A stretch of 64,000 nt of DNA from Amphiscolops sp. MND2022. Taxonomy: Eukaryota. A program made the position numbers and the translations under genes. Positions 35,341-46,520 of this stretch are shown one piece after another. The DNA is taken from NCBI GenBank assembly GCA_964187785.1, contig OZ076416.1, forward strand, positions 34,596,001 through 34,660,000. The letters are read 5' to 3'. Below the pieces are notes generated by a model. The model did no database searches and had not been told where the DNA came from. It was given only the letters and a program-made list of their open reading frames with translations. Each line of letters opens with the position of its first letter. Positions within the stretch are counted from its first letter, which is position 1.

Positions 35341-36647
35341 ATACGTTGTAACTGGCGAAAAAGTGCGACGTTTGTTACAATAGATACCATCCGAGAAATT
35401 AAGAAAGGAAAAGAAATGACAGTTTATTACGACATTGATTTTTTGGTAAGATACCAAGGATTGTTCGTGTCCAGAATGCGAAAAAAAGTTGCGAAAAGCA
35501 AACCTCAAACTAAAGAATTCAATCAAAGTGAAATTCGAACAGAAATTGGAGCTACGTCCTCCGCAGTGTAACTTAATGAAGCTAAATTGAATCAATTCAA
35601 ATCAAAACAGAAGATGAAGGCAGTTCCAGCACAGTTGAAGCCACCCCCACGCTGCGCCACCTCCCCTTGAAGCCACCCCGCGCTGCGCCACCCCCTGTTG
35701 AAGCCACAGCCCCCGCTGCGCAACCCCCTGTTGCAATGAGCCCACCTCTAGAAGCTTCTGATGAGCTGCAGCTCATCAAACGAGACAAAAAAGTCAAAAA
35801 CACGCCGGGGCCAGAACAGCGTATTGTGTGCAAAAAACTTTTTCTACGTTTGGACAAACACATCGAGACACATGCCGATCGCTTGTCTGTAACTAAATGG
35901 CGACAGTTCATCTTGGGTTTCTGTCGATGCCAAAATGCGCCACCAAACGTGAAATATTATGACTGTTCGGCATGCTTCAGACGTTTCAGGTCACTTCCTA
36001 CGCATAGGTATGGTCCCAGATGTTCTCACGCTTCAATTACTGAAGTCTCAAACCCCGGAAGCCGAAGATCACTTCTTGAAGAAATCAGAAAAGTTCTGAA
36101 GTCGGATGTACTGCCAAGCCAAAACGACTTGGAAATAGCTGAAAATTTTGTTGGAAATAGAAATCAACTGTCTGTGGGGGAAATGAAAATGGTGCCAAGA
36201 CAGACTGGGGATGAAACCTCTCAAGGTCATGTTTTATCGAAGAACAAACGGATTGACTCAACAAGAACGTCTAGTGCAAACTTGCCTGCAAATTGAAAAA
36301 GAAAGAAACTTTAAACCCAAACAAGGGTAAGTTTCCTGTCAACGTTCGTTGTTTTCTGTGATTATTGTTTCCTCTATGGTGTAGGCGTGAGTTCAACCTC
36401 AAATGGAGACCGAATTGAAGCAGCAATTAAGGATGCCAGAAAAGCTTTTGCCACGGCTGCTGTACAAAATTACCGGACTTTCGGAAAACAGCGCAATAAA
36501 TGATGACAAAGGTCCTCAGTAACACTTTGGTGAGACTTAGAATCAAACAAACTGTGGAGCAACTGCAAAAATATAGTAGATTGTTTTCAACTACAAAACT
36601 CAGCAGAGCTTGAATTTTTTCCTGCTTCAAGCTAGAATTAACACAAG
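35341..36647 (+). pseudogene. Copy C exon 2
   Basis: TTTTAG acceptor; IREIKKGKEMTVYYDIDF...CSCPEC; Pro/Ala repeats; CKKLFLRLDKHIETH; YYDCSACFRRFRSLPTH; AIKDARKAF; EFFLLQARINTR|GTACGT. No catalytic exon recognised downstream. Confidence 0.85.
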
Positions 36648-37244
36648 GTACGTATTTTGGATTAGGTTTTTGAAACAACCTAATTTTACCAGCATTTCTA
36701 GTAAAACTGGTAGAAAACTGAAAATGATTAACTAACAGATTTGTTGATTAGATAAACAGAGGTAGTAATAAGTTGAAGTGAAAGCAGAAGTGGATAATTC
36801 AAGTTAGTGAATATTTCAAATGAACTCCGAAATGGATTTTTGAAGTGTATAATTCAAGAATTAATTTCGTTATGAACTCATACTGAAATTAAAAACTACA
36901 AAGTTGAAGTAGAAGGAAAGTAAACCAAAAACATATAAGAATTATTGTAATGAGAATTTACAAATTCATTGTACTAGATGAATCAAAAATTTTTCGAGTA
37001 CTTAAAAGTCAACAAACGTCTCAAAGCTTTGAAAGTGTGAAGGAAACGACTGGTATAGTCGTTTAGACTATTTTTGATGGTTCAAACCATCTTTGGTTGG
37101 AGATGCGATTACGTAATATGAGCTTCACCCAAAAAGATTGAAAGATAAAATTGAGAGATTCACGTTTTTTCGGTTCACATAATATAAGAATTTCAGTTGA
37201 GAAGCATTCAGTTCAACAGAATAGTTAATCAATACACGCACTGT

Positions 37245-37470
37245 GTACGCACAGAATGATTCAGTTCTGCACACAACGTATTTCACACTAAATGCGCTGT
37301 GTACTCACAGAATGGATTCAGTTCTGCGCACAACGTATTTCACATTACATACACTGTGGAGGCACGAAATGATTCAGTTCTTCACACAACGTGTTCCACA
37401 ATACACCGAGTATACGCACAGACTCATTCACTTCTGTTCACAACGTGGCTGCTGCTCCTGCTTATATTAC
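37245..37470. repeat. ~60-bp degenerate minisatellite (3-4 copies)
   Basis: GAATG(G)ATTCAGTTCT(G/T)C(A/G)CACAACGT repeated. Confidence 0.8.
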
Positions 37471-38835
37471 ACCGTAAACACTGTAGATACAGTCAACGGC
37501 AATTTTGGAAGAAAGTTTATTTGAAAATAGGAAAATAATTCCAATTTGATAGTAATGTTTCAGGACATTACAAAGGTATAATTAATTTCAAAGTTATCCA
37601 AAGTTATGAATCAAAGTAAATAATTAATGAGTTATAGTTCAAAGTTGTACTCCAATATTTATATTTCATTAAATTTAAGGTATATAAACAAAATTCCGTA
37701 TGCTTTCTAGCATATGAAATTTTTATTCAGATGACAAAATATAATTCAGTTGAGAAAACATGAGAAAAGATTTAGTTCAGAAAAGATTATATGATATAAC
37801 GGAGATGATAAAATATAATCAAGATGATAAAATATAACTAAGATATATTATAATATATAATATTAGATACAATATAATAATAAGATACAATATAATAGAG
37901 ATGATAAATAAGTTAGTTTTGATATTTTTTCTAATATTTTTCCAATATTCCATCAACTGTGCAATAGTGACTACGATAACTTATTCGGTAACTCTGATGT
38001 AAAACCATCCCAGGCCATAATCAAGGGAGGACCTTCCCAGAGTTTCAAAACTACCCCATTTGAACGAATGGAACTGGTTTGTGCCCCCATCAGCACCAGA
38101 GTCGTCATCAAGGGAGACATTGTTGGAGTTTTGTGCTGCGATTGGAAGATTAATTAAATTCACTACCTACAGACGCAACTATTTGATAGATCCAAGCAAC
38201 AATGTGACGACATTCAGTTGCGATAATTCACCATAGAAATTCGCATTGGTTCCATGTATTTTCGACTTTTTACACTTTTTGTACTTTGAAGACTACGTTT
38301 AAACTGTGATAAGCTGATGAGAAAACATATCACCGGTCAAAACATTTTCATACGTGTTTTCATTGTTTTTGCGGAATTTGCAACTTTCAATCCACTTCAA
38401 AATCGTTTTAGGCCAAGATATTTTGGGTTCCACAAGAAATTGGACGGGGGTTGCCTCTTAATCCGGGAGACGTTTTCGCTATGCCGTCTCAGTACATTCA
38501 CGCAGTCCTTAAAAGTGGATACTGTGTGGCAGTGTGGACGAATTTTGTTTCAGAAGGCCGCTCATACCAGATCATGAAGGCAATCATTGATGAAGAGTAC
38601 CTAAGACGGGGATCTTGAGACGTTTCCGGGCATGTTGAAATACTAGCCATTTTGATGCTTAAAGCAGCAGAGAGATGAATGATAACTCCGGACTTCCTCC
38701 GACTTCGCACGGTCATCGAAAATCGATATCAAGAAAGTGAAGCTGTTGCTGTGAGTTAACTTTTTTGACCGAACTCACATTTGTTTTTATTCACACTAGG
38801 GGTCAAATTAGGTTTTCTATAATCAAGCCTAGCTG

Positions 38836-38908
38836 TGACTCACGACAGTGATCAAAATCAAAAATTGAAGATTTTTCAAATTTTGATTTTGGTCTCTGTC
38901 GTGAGTCA
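38836..38908. repeat. 73-bp near-perfect inverted repeat (34-bp arms, 5-nt loop)
   Basis: TGACTCACGACAGTGATCAAAATCAAAAATTGAA versus reverse complement of the right arm TGACTCACGACAGAGACCAAAATCAAAATTTGAA: 3 mismatches. Confidence 0.9.
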
Positions 38909-39799
38909 AAACAAGGCATAACTGGCAGTTATGACGTGTTGTGACTCACAGCTGGGACGGCGGGACCAAAGTTAAAATAATTAAGCAAAGTTGAAATATT
39001 AATAGAAGTTATCATGAGTTTCGTGTTTTCAAATTTGCCCAGAATTCGGGAAGAAGAGACTCGTTCACAAAGTTTGCTCGTGCAAAGACTTCGTAAACGA
39101 TGTTACTGTAACTGCGTTCATGGAGGCGAATTCACAAAAGGCATATCTTCTTTGTCCCACTTCAAAAAGAGAACTATGTGTTGGACGAGGACAGCGTGAG
39201 GGTTTCGAAGGAAGCAATTTCTGAGGGGCGCATCAGTTTTTTGTGCAGGAGACAGGATGTTGACAAAACAATCGTGATTCTTTCATCAGCTATGTGGAAG
39301 TCATCACGTATGTTCACCAGCGACCGTCACACACTGTTAGAGGTTAGCACAAGGTGCCAAAGAGAAGATCTCTCGTTCAAGGCCGTTGTAATTTGCTTTA
39401 TGACTTAGCTACAGACTGCTTCTTTCACAAAACAACAATGCTGGAGAGAGGACAACATTTTTACATATAAATTACGTGAATGTAAATGATAATATTCAAC
39501 TCAAAAAAGATCGAACGGTTGAACATGTTACATGACTTCAAAATGACTTCAAAATGAAATTGATTGAGTGGTAATCAGACTCACGGTTTCTGTTTCAGAA
39601 TTCAGGCCATCCATTGCTTCGATCATTAGTCACACTGTCCCTGTATAAAATGTGATTTTAAGGTTCTTGTCTCTGAGTTATTTGTTGAGATCAGTATGCT
39701 GTACACGATAGAGAACAAACCGGGAACAGGCAAAGTCGGCACTCTTTATATGGCTAAAAATTGTAAAATATGGAACCTTTGAGCTTTGTGAAAGCGTTG

Positions 39800-40030
39800 T
39801 TTGCAAAAGATTGAAGGGGAGACCCTAGGGAGAATTTAAAAGATTTCAGAAAGTTCGAAAAGATTTCTGAACCCTATCACACTGCCAAAAAAACGTAAAA
39901 CGGGGGACCCTTTGGGATTTTTTGACCTGCATTGTGTTTCAATTTATAAAATATCGCAGCAAATGCAGTGGGACCCTTTGGTGCAATCCAAAAAATTTCC
40001 AAAAAAGTGTCAATGCCGATAAAAAGTTAG
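39800..40030. repeat. Dispersed GGGGACCCTTTGG / CAC(A/T)GTGCCAAAAAA-type repeat (related inverted copy near 59205-59260)
   Basis: Motifs GGGGAGACCCT, GGGGGACCCTTTGG, GGGACCCTTTGG and CACACTGCCAAAAAA; the reverse complement of 59205-59260 gives AAAGTCACACAGTGCCAAAAAA...AAGGGGGACG. Confidence 0.55.
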
Positions 40031-41569
40031 TTGAAAACACCTAGATAGTCAAAGAGTGTTTTCGCGGTTGCGGACGTCGGTTTTTGTATCGGCAAGGTTC
40101 TGAGAATGGGTATATTGAATTGTTGTTGAATAAATAAACAGAAAGGTGGACCGTACGTGTCTAAAAAAACTATCCAAAGTAAGAGTCGTGCTTGATTTCT
40201 ATCAAAATGCTCTGAATAAAAATTGACATTTTCGTTGAACAAAACACGCATCTACCATTACACAAGAACACTACCTGAATCTGTTTTTGAATTTTAGACG
40301 AAATCAATCTAGGTCTCGACTACCAAATGACGTTTCGAGTATTTTGTTCAAAATATTAAGCATACCTGTACGACAAAAAGGCATATAATTATACATTATT
40401 CGAATTTAAATTTCAAATAGGAAACGACCTGTTGTTGTTGACCATGGTTACTGTGTACAATTTACTGCCAAGTTATAGTGCTTTTGTACCGCCTGGATCT
40501 TTTGTATGTTTGTAACGTTCCAGATTGTGTTGTTTTCGTGTTTAAAAAAACAACTATCGTCGGAAAAGTCGGGTGGTTGTTTCCGAGAGTGATTATAACT
40601 ACTGTCGAAAATACCGGGTAGTTGCTTCCAAAAAAGAAAATACAGATAGACACTAGAAACATAAATGTCAGCCGGAAATCATCGGGTCATCACAGTTTTT
40701 ATTTATTTTGTCTGTGTGCTCCTTTGCATTGTATGTTTTCATTCTGAGTATAACCAGAGTCTGAAGCAAACGTCTTTGAGAAGCAGAGTAGTAGTGTTGA
40801 GGGCTGTTTGATTATAGACAGGAGTGTGTAAAATCAGAGACGAATTTTTCCTAGAAACCACTGATCTACATAGTTTCCGAGAGATATAGTGATTTTATTA
40901 TTAGGGCATGTTTGTTTGGTACAGTGCAAATTTGTTTGTTCGAAAAGTCTGTGATGAAAAATTTAAAACAAGCTCATGCTTTGGTAATTTACAGTTTTGT
41001 TTGACAACTTTTTTGAAATCGAAAGAGTATGTGAGTAAGAAACGATGCCATGCAGTGCTTCGAAAATACAGTACAGGGCGAAAATTCAAAGCGTCCCCTT
41101 TGCACTGAGCGTCGTTATCAACCAATTAAGATCCCTTATTGGCTTTAATTGTCAATTTTGGTTCTTCGAGTCTTGCAGATTGCTCAAAATATGATGTGTT
41201 TTTTGTTTCAAAAACATTCGGAAAGGAAAAATATTTTCTCCGTAAATTGTTGTTTTTCTACCTTAGTTTCTGTAAATAGACGAAATTTCACCTTTCGAGC
41301 GTTGTGATATCCTTGATAATTTTTAAAATCAAAGTAATTACTTAAATTCAAATCAAGTAAGGGAGATACTTGAGCAAAAAACTTGCTAGAAAAACTGTGG
41401 AAAAACCGGTCAAAAACTAGGTTCTCGTCTCCCATTTGAACAATATACTAATGTGAACTGAATGAAAGTCTCAGAATCTTTATTTTTGACGTTTCTCAAA
41501 ACTTTCAATCGATTCTTTGAAAATCGAACTTAAACTTGCTCGAGGATCAATCAAACTTGCTCCAATCAA

Positions 41570-44215
41570 ATGAACATGTGGGACTCGATCAACCAATGAT
41601 ATAACTTTTTTCTGAAGTTGACAAAATCTTTTGATATAGACTCAGATTATCTTATTACATTTTGCAGGGAAAATAAGTACAGGTACTTTATGTTCTCCGT
41701 CGTGAGCAATTAAGAAACATGAATTGCAAACATGTATTGCACACTGTTTTGATTGAATTTTTAGTCAGAAGTAGCACCCGTGTATCGAATTTGTCACAAT
41801 TGTCAGAAGGAGTCCGGAATTACTACGCATGCATTTGAGGACCTTATGAGCTTTATATCCTTTATGGCATAACAAACCACATTAGAAAGTTCAAGTGCGA
41901 GTCAAGGTTTAGAAACATGTTTTTGAGATTTTGATTTATATTTGAATTTGAAAAAATCAATATTATAAAGGAAGACATTGTCTCTGTCTCGGATGACTGA
42001 CTGATTAAAGTTATGTAACATACAATACGAATATGGTTGGCTTCTAATTGACGAAAGATGATTACGTAATCAAATCTTCTACGTAATAATGAAGGACATT
42101 GTCTAGATCAACTGTCACAGATAGAAGAAACTACGTAATAGCCAGTTACGTAATCATAGCAAACAAATTAGACTGAAAACAAACAGTATTGGTAAACTAT
42201 GCACCTCATCGCACGGACTGTCAATCATCATCGAATCCAAACGTTTAATGGAAGAAACTATCTGTCGGATCACAAACAATACAAGAAGTTCTATTATGTG
42301 ATTTCGGTTTTTCAAATCCTTTAAAACCTCTGCAATTCTTATCACGTAACGGATTCAGTTTCAAACGAGCAGATCAAGGACATTGATGCAAGGGATAAAC
42401 TATGAGTTACGTGAGACCTCATTTTTTTAACCAAGGAAAACCGGTAGATTTACCAACAGAACACCGGAGGAAAAATTGTGCCGTCGTCATTAACCTGATG
42501 CTCTTTTCAATCGGTTCATAGTGCTTTTGAATCATCTTGAAAGTTCTTCCTAATGGATCCTGTGTTACCTTTTCAATCAGTCAACCGGATCAGTGGAATT
42601 CATCATCAAGTGTAAAGTGTATTTTCTGTAAAACGAGAGCGAACCGTATTCTGGTCAAAAACTGCATCGTGTTCATTGCGAATTGTGATGCACAGTGTAA
42701 TCAGAAATTGCAGATTCTCATCATTGAGGGTAATTGGAGAGAAAAATACAAACAAGTAAAAGATTTTGGTATACACCGTGAGTAAGAATGACTCTAAACG
42801 ATGCTTCCATTCGTGTGTGAAGTGAAAACCAGTCAAAGTACGTAATTGTAGAGAGTGTAAATTAGTCTTTTACTGCATTTTGATCACTACGCGTAACGCC
42901 AAATCACACAGTGAAACAAGCAAAACACGTAACGCGTATTTGAAATAATAACGCGTTGTTTTTGGCTGTTAATCCAACTAGCAAGATCTTGCTAGTTCGT
43001 TGCGGCATATGTGTCGTAAAAGTGTTACTCCTCTCAGACCCTTCGCTATCCATGTCATTTTGAAATCTTTTTCAAGTGTGAATCGCACTATGATCCACAT
43101 GTGGGCCTCGATCAGCCAATGACAAATTTTTGTTTTTCTAAAGTTGACAAATTCACTTGAAATAGACTCAAGTTATCTTATTACGTTTTGACAAGGAAAA
43201 GAAGTACAGGTTCTCTATGGTCTCCGTCGTGAGCAATTAAGAAACATGGTTTGCGAACATGTATTGCACACTGTTTTGATTGAATTTTTAGTTCAAAGTA
43301 GCACCCGTTTTTCGGCTTTGTAACCTTCTCAGAATGGGTCCGGAATTACTACGGATGCGTTTGAGGGGACCTGATGAGCCTTACGAGATCATTTATGGCA
43401 AACCACAATAGAAAGTTCAAGTGGGACTCAAGGTTTAGAAACATGTTTTTGACATTGTTTTGATTTATATTTGAATATGAAAAAATCTATATTATAAGGG
43501 AGGAAATTGTCTCTGTCTCGGATGACTGACCGATAAAAGTTATGTAACATACAATACGAATATATCTCGGCTTTTCATTGACGAAAGTTGATTACGTAAT
43601 CAAATCTTGTAGGTAATAATGGAGGACAGTGTCTAGATCGGCTGTCAAAGGTGAATAGAACTACGTAATAGCCAGTTACGTAATCATAGCAAAAAAACTA
43701 AGGCTGAAAGCTAACAATATTGGTAAACTATGCACCTCATCGCACGGCCTGTCAATCATCATCGGTTCGAAAAGTTTAATGGAGGAAATTGTTTCTGTCG
43801 TATTACAAACAATACAATAAATTCTATGTGATTTCGGTTTTCTTTATCAAGTAGAACCTCTGCAATTTTTATTAAGTAACGGATTCAGATTCAAACGAAC
43901 AGATCAAACACATTGATGATGATGAAAGGGATTAAATATTTGAGTTTCGTAAGACCTCATCATTTTTAAAGAAAAAAACCAGGTTAAACCGGTAGATGTG
44001 CTAGCAGAAAACAGGATGAAAAATTAAACCGTCGTCATTATCTTGATGTTCCTTTTCCAATCGGTTCATAGTGCTTTGAGTCATCTTGAAAGTTCTTCCT
44101 ATTGGATCCTGTTACATTTTCAATCGAGTCAACCGGATCATAGTGCGATTGAATCATCTTACTATTAATCCTATCAGATCCTTTGCTATCCATGTCATTT
44201 TGAAATCTCTTTTCA
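41570..44215. repeat. Diverged tandem duplication of a ~1.1-kb non-coding unit; first copy carries a ~410-bp insertion
   Basis: ACATGTGGG(A/C)CTCGATCA at ~41575 and ~43098 with collinear downstream sequence; extra block 42607-43020 in copy 1 only. Confidence 0.92.
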
Positions 44216-44960
44216 AAAAGGCGATCGATGAAGCTAAAAGACTGAATTCTCTTGATGCCTCAATGGAGAGATTTCGGCGAAGTGTCGGTAGTTCCACTCT
44301 TTCTGGTCTCACCGGAACTCCAACAGAATCCTTACATGGAGCCATTGTCAATTTATGGCAAGAAATGACTGACGCCCAAACTTGAAAGTGCGAATAGCCA
44401 CAAACAAGAAATTGGCAATCATCTTGAGGAAAGTGTGCGCTCTCAATCAGAGCAATATTCAAGAACTGGTCAAGAAAGAGGCGAAAGTGACCGAGTAAAC
44501 TAACGCCAAGCCACTTCCGAAATGGATACATCCAATGAAAAATATGAAGACTTCGATCAGAGAGCATGGTGGTTGCACCAAAACAGCGAAAGTGAAAAAA
44601 AGCAAGCGGACGATTTCGGTAGCTCATTGAAAGTGATCACCTTGGTGAGTGACAACGAAGAGACAGTTAACAGCACCCAGGTTGATGGAGGCACTGACGT
44701 TAACAGAAGACTAATCGCTGTCGCTGAAACAATTGAAATAATCAGCCATTGCAGCTGCAGCTGAACAAAACGACGCTGGTGAACGAGGAGAAGAGGTAGC
44801 CACTGAACAATGAGTAGCTCAAAGTGAAGACCCTCAGAAAAACCACAAAACAAATATATATTTTTAGTTTCATATACTTTCTTTTGAAAAAGTATAAATA
44901 TGTTATATATTGTTGTTCGTTTTAGTTCAAACTTTTACTCAACAGGAGCAATTAGATTCA

Positions 44961-45320
44961 GATCTTTTAAAACTCTCCTAAGAGCTGACAGGGATCACTG
45001 AGATCACTGACCTCATCAAGATCATACATGAACCTCCGAGATCACAGATCGTATCATAATCTAGCTTACACTTTCGATATCATGGATCTTACCAAGATCC
45101 TACATGGATCTTCGCGATCACTGATCATAAAAACGGCCTGGATTGATCATCGTCATCAATGATCATGCGAAGATCTTGAATGGGTCTTCGACATCACTGA
45201 TACCTTCAAGATCTTGGATGGATCCTCGAGATCCTTTATCTTACTAAAATATTGTATCCATATTCGGCATCACTGATCGTACCAAGATCTTGCATACCTT
45301 GATGTCACTTGGCATTGATC
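44961..45320. repeat. GATC-rich degenerate minisatellite
   Basis: 20 GATC tetramers counted by eye in 360 bp. Confidence 0.85.
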
Positions 45321-45329
45321 AGGATGTCA

Positions 45330-46520
45330 TATGACATGTCCCAAAGTTCTGACTCATGATTCTTGTCTCTTGATATTGACAATGACTCATGCGACAGTTT
45401 CATGACGGATGAGTCACTTAACCTAATTCAAACAATGTCATCATCATTGACATTCAATGGTATCACTCGATCCTAATCTTGATGCCCAATGACATGTCCC
45501 AAGGTCCTGACTCACGACTCCTAATATTGGCAACGACTCATGTTTCCCACGAAAGTTTCGTGACTCATGAATCACTTAACTTGATACAATCCTTGTTTTG
45601 AAAAATCGCATACATTGTCACTTGGGATTGACCTGCATGCCATATGACACATCCCAATATCCAGACTCATGACTCAAACTCTGGATGTTGACACTGACTC
45701 ATGACTCATGCGACAGTTTCATGACTCTGAGTCATTCAACCCAATGCAATCCTTGTCTTGGAAAATGACATACATTGTTGTCACTTGGCCTTGACATGAT
45801 CTGGATGCCATTTGACATGTCCTATGTCCAGACTCATGACTCAAACTCTTGTTGACAATGAATCATGACTCAGCGGACAGTTTCGTGACTCATAAGTCAC
45901 TTTCTCTAATACAAACAATTTCTTTATTTTTGACATTCATTGGTATCGCTCGGCCTCAATCTTGATGCCTAATGACATGTCCCAATGTTCTGACTGATGA
46001 TTCTTGACTCTTGATATTGACAATGACTCATGCCCCATGCGACAGTTTCATGACTCATTAGTCAGTTCATCTAATGCAATCATTGTCTTGAAAAATGACA
46101 TTTTTGTCACTTGGCTTTTATCTGGATGCCATATGACATGTCCTAATGTCTAGAATCAGGATTTAAAATCATGTTGACAATGAGTCGTGACTCATGCGAC
46201 AGTTTCGTGGCTCACGGGTCACTTAACCAAATACAATCATTGTCTTGGAAAACGGTATACATTGTTGTCACTTGGCATTGATCTGGATGCCCTATGACAT
46301 GTCCCAATGTCCCGACTCTTGACTCACACTCTAGATGTTGACAATGACTTATGACTCACGCGAAGATTTCATGACTCGTGAGTCACTTAACCTAATACAA
46401 ACAATGGAATCTTTATTGATTATTGACACTCATTGGTATCACTCGGCCTCAGTCGTGATGCCTATTGACATGTCCCAATGTCCTGGATGTGACTCTTGAC
46501 TCTTGATATTGATAACTACT
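45330..46520. repeat. TGACTCA/TGAGTCA-rich satellite of ~150-200-bp degenerate units (recurs at ~48040-48700 and ~50220-50460)
   Basis: Recurrent TGACATGTCC...TGACTCATG...GACAGTTTCATGACTC...GTCACTTAACC blocks; about 18 TGASTCA sites in ~1.05 kb. Confidence 0.9.

Noticed and set aside
8395-36647. DIRS/Ngaro retrotransposon as the source of the tyrosine recombinase
   Set aside because: The YR genes contain introns and have no associated RT/RNase H; the only RT-related sequence belongs to the opposite-strand BEL/Pao element with a DDE integrase.
39014-39408. Two short plus-strand ORFs as one gene
   Set aside because: Different frames, no motif, no homologous copy in the window.
39800-40030. 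Species assignment to an acoel flatworm from the GGGGACCCTTTGG repeat
   Set aside because: Based only on recollection of similar repeats; cannot be verified without a database search.
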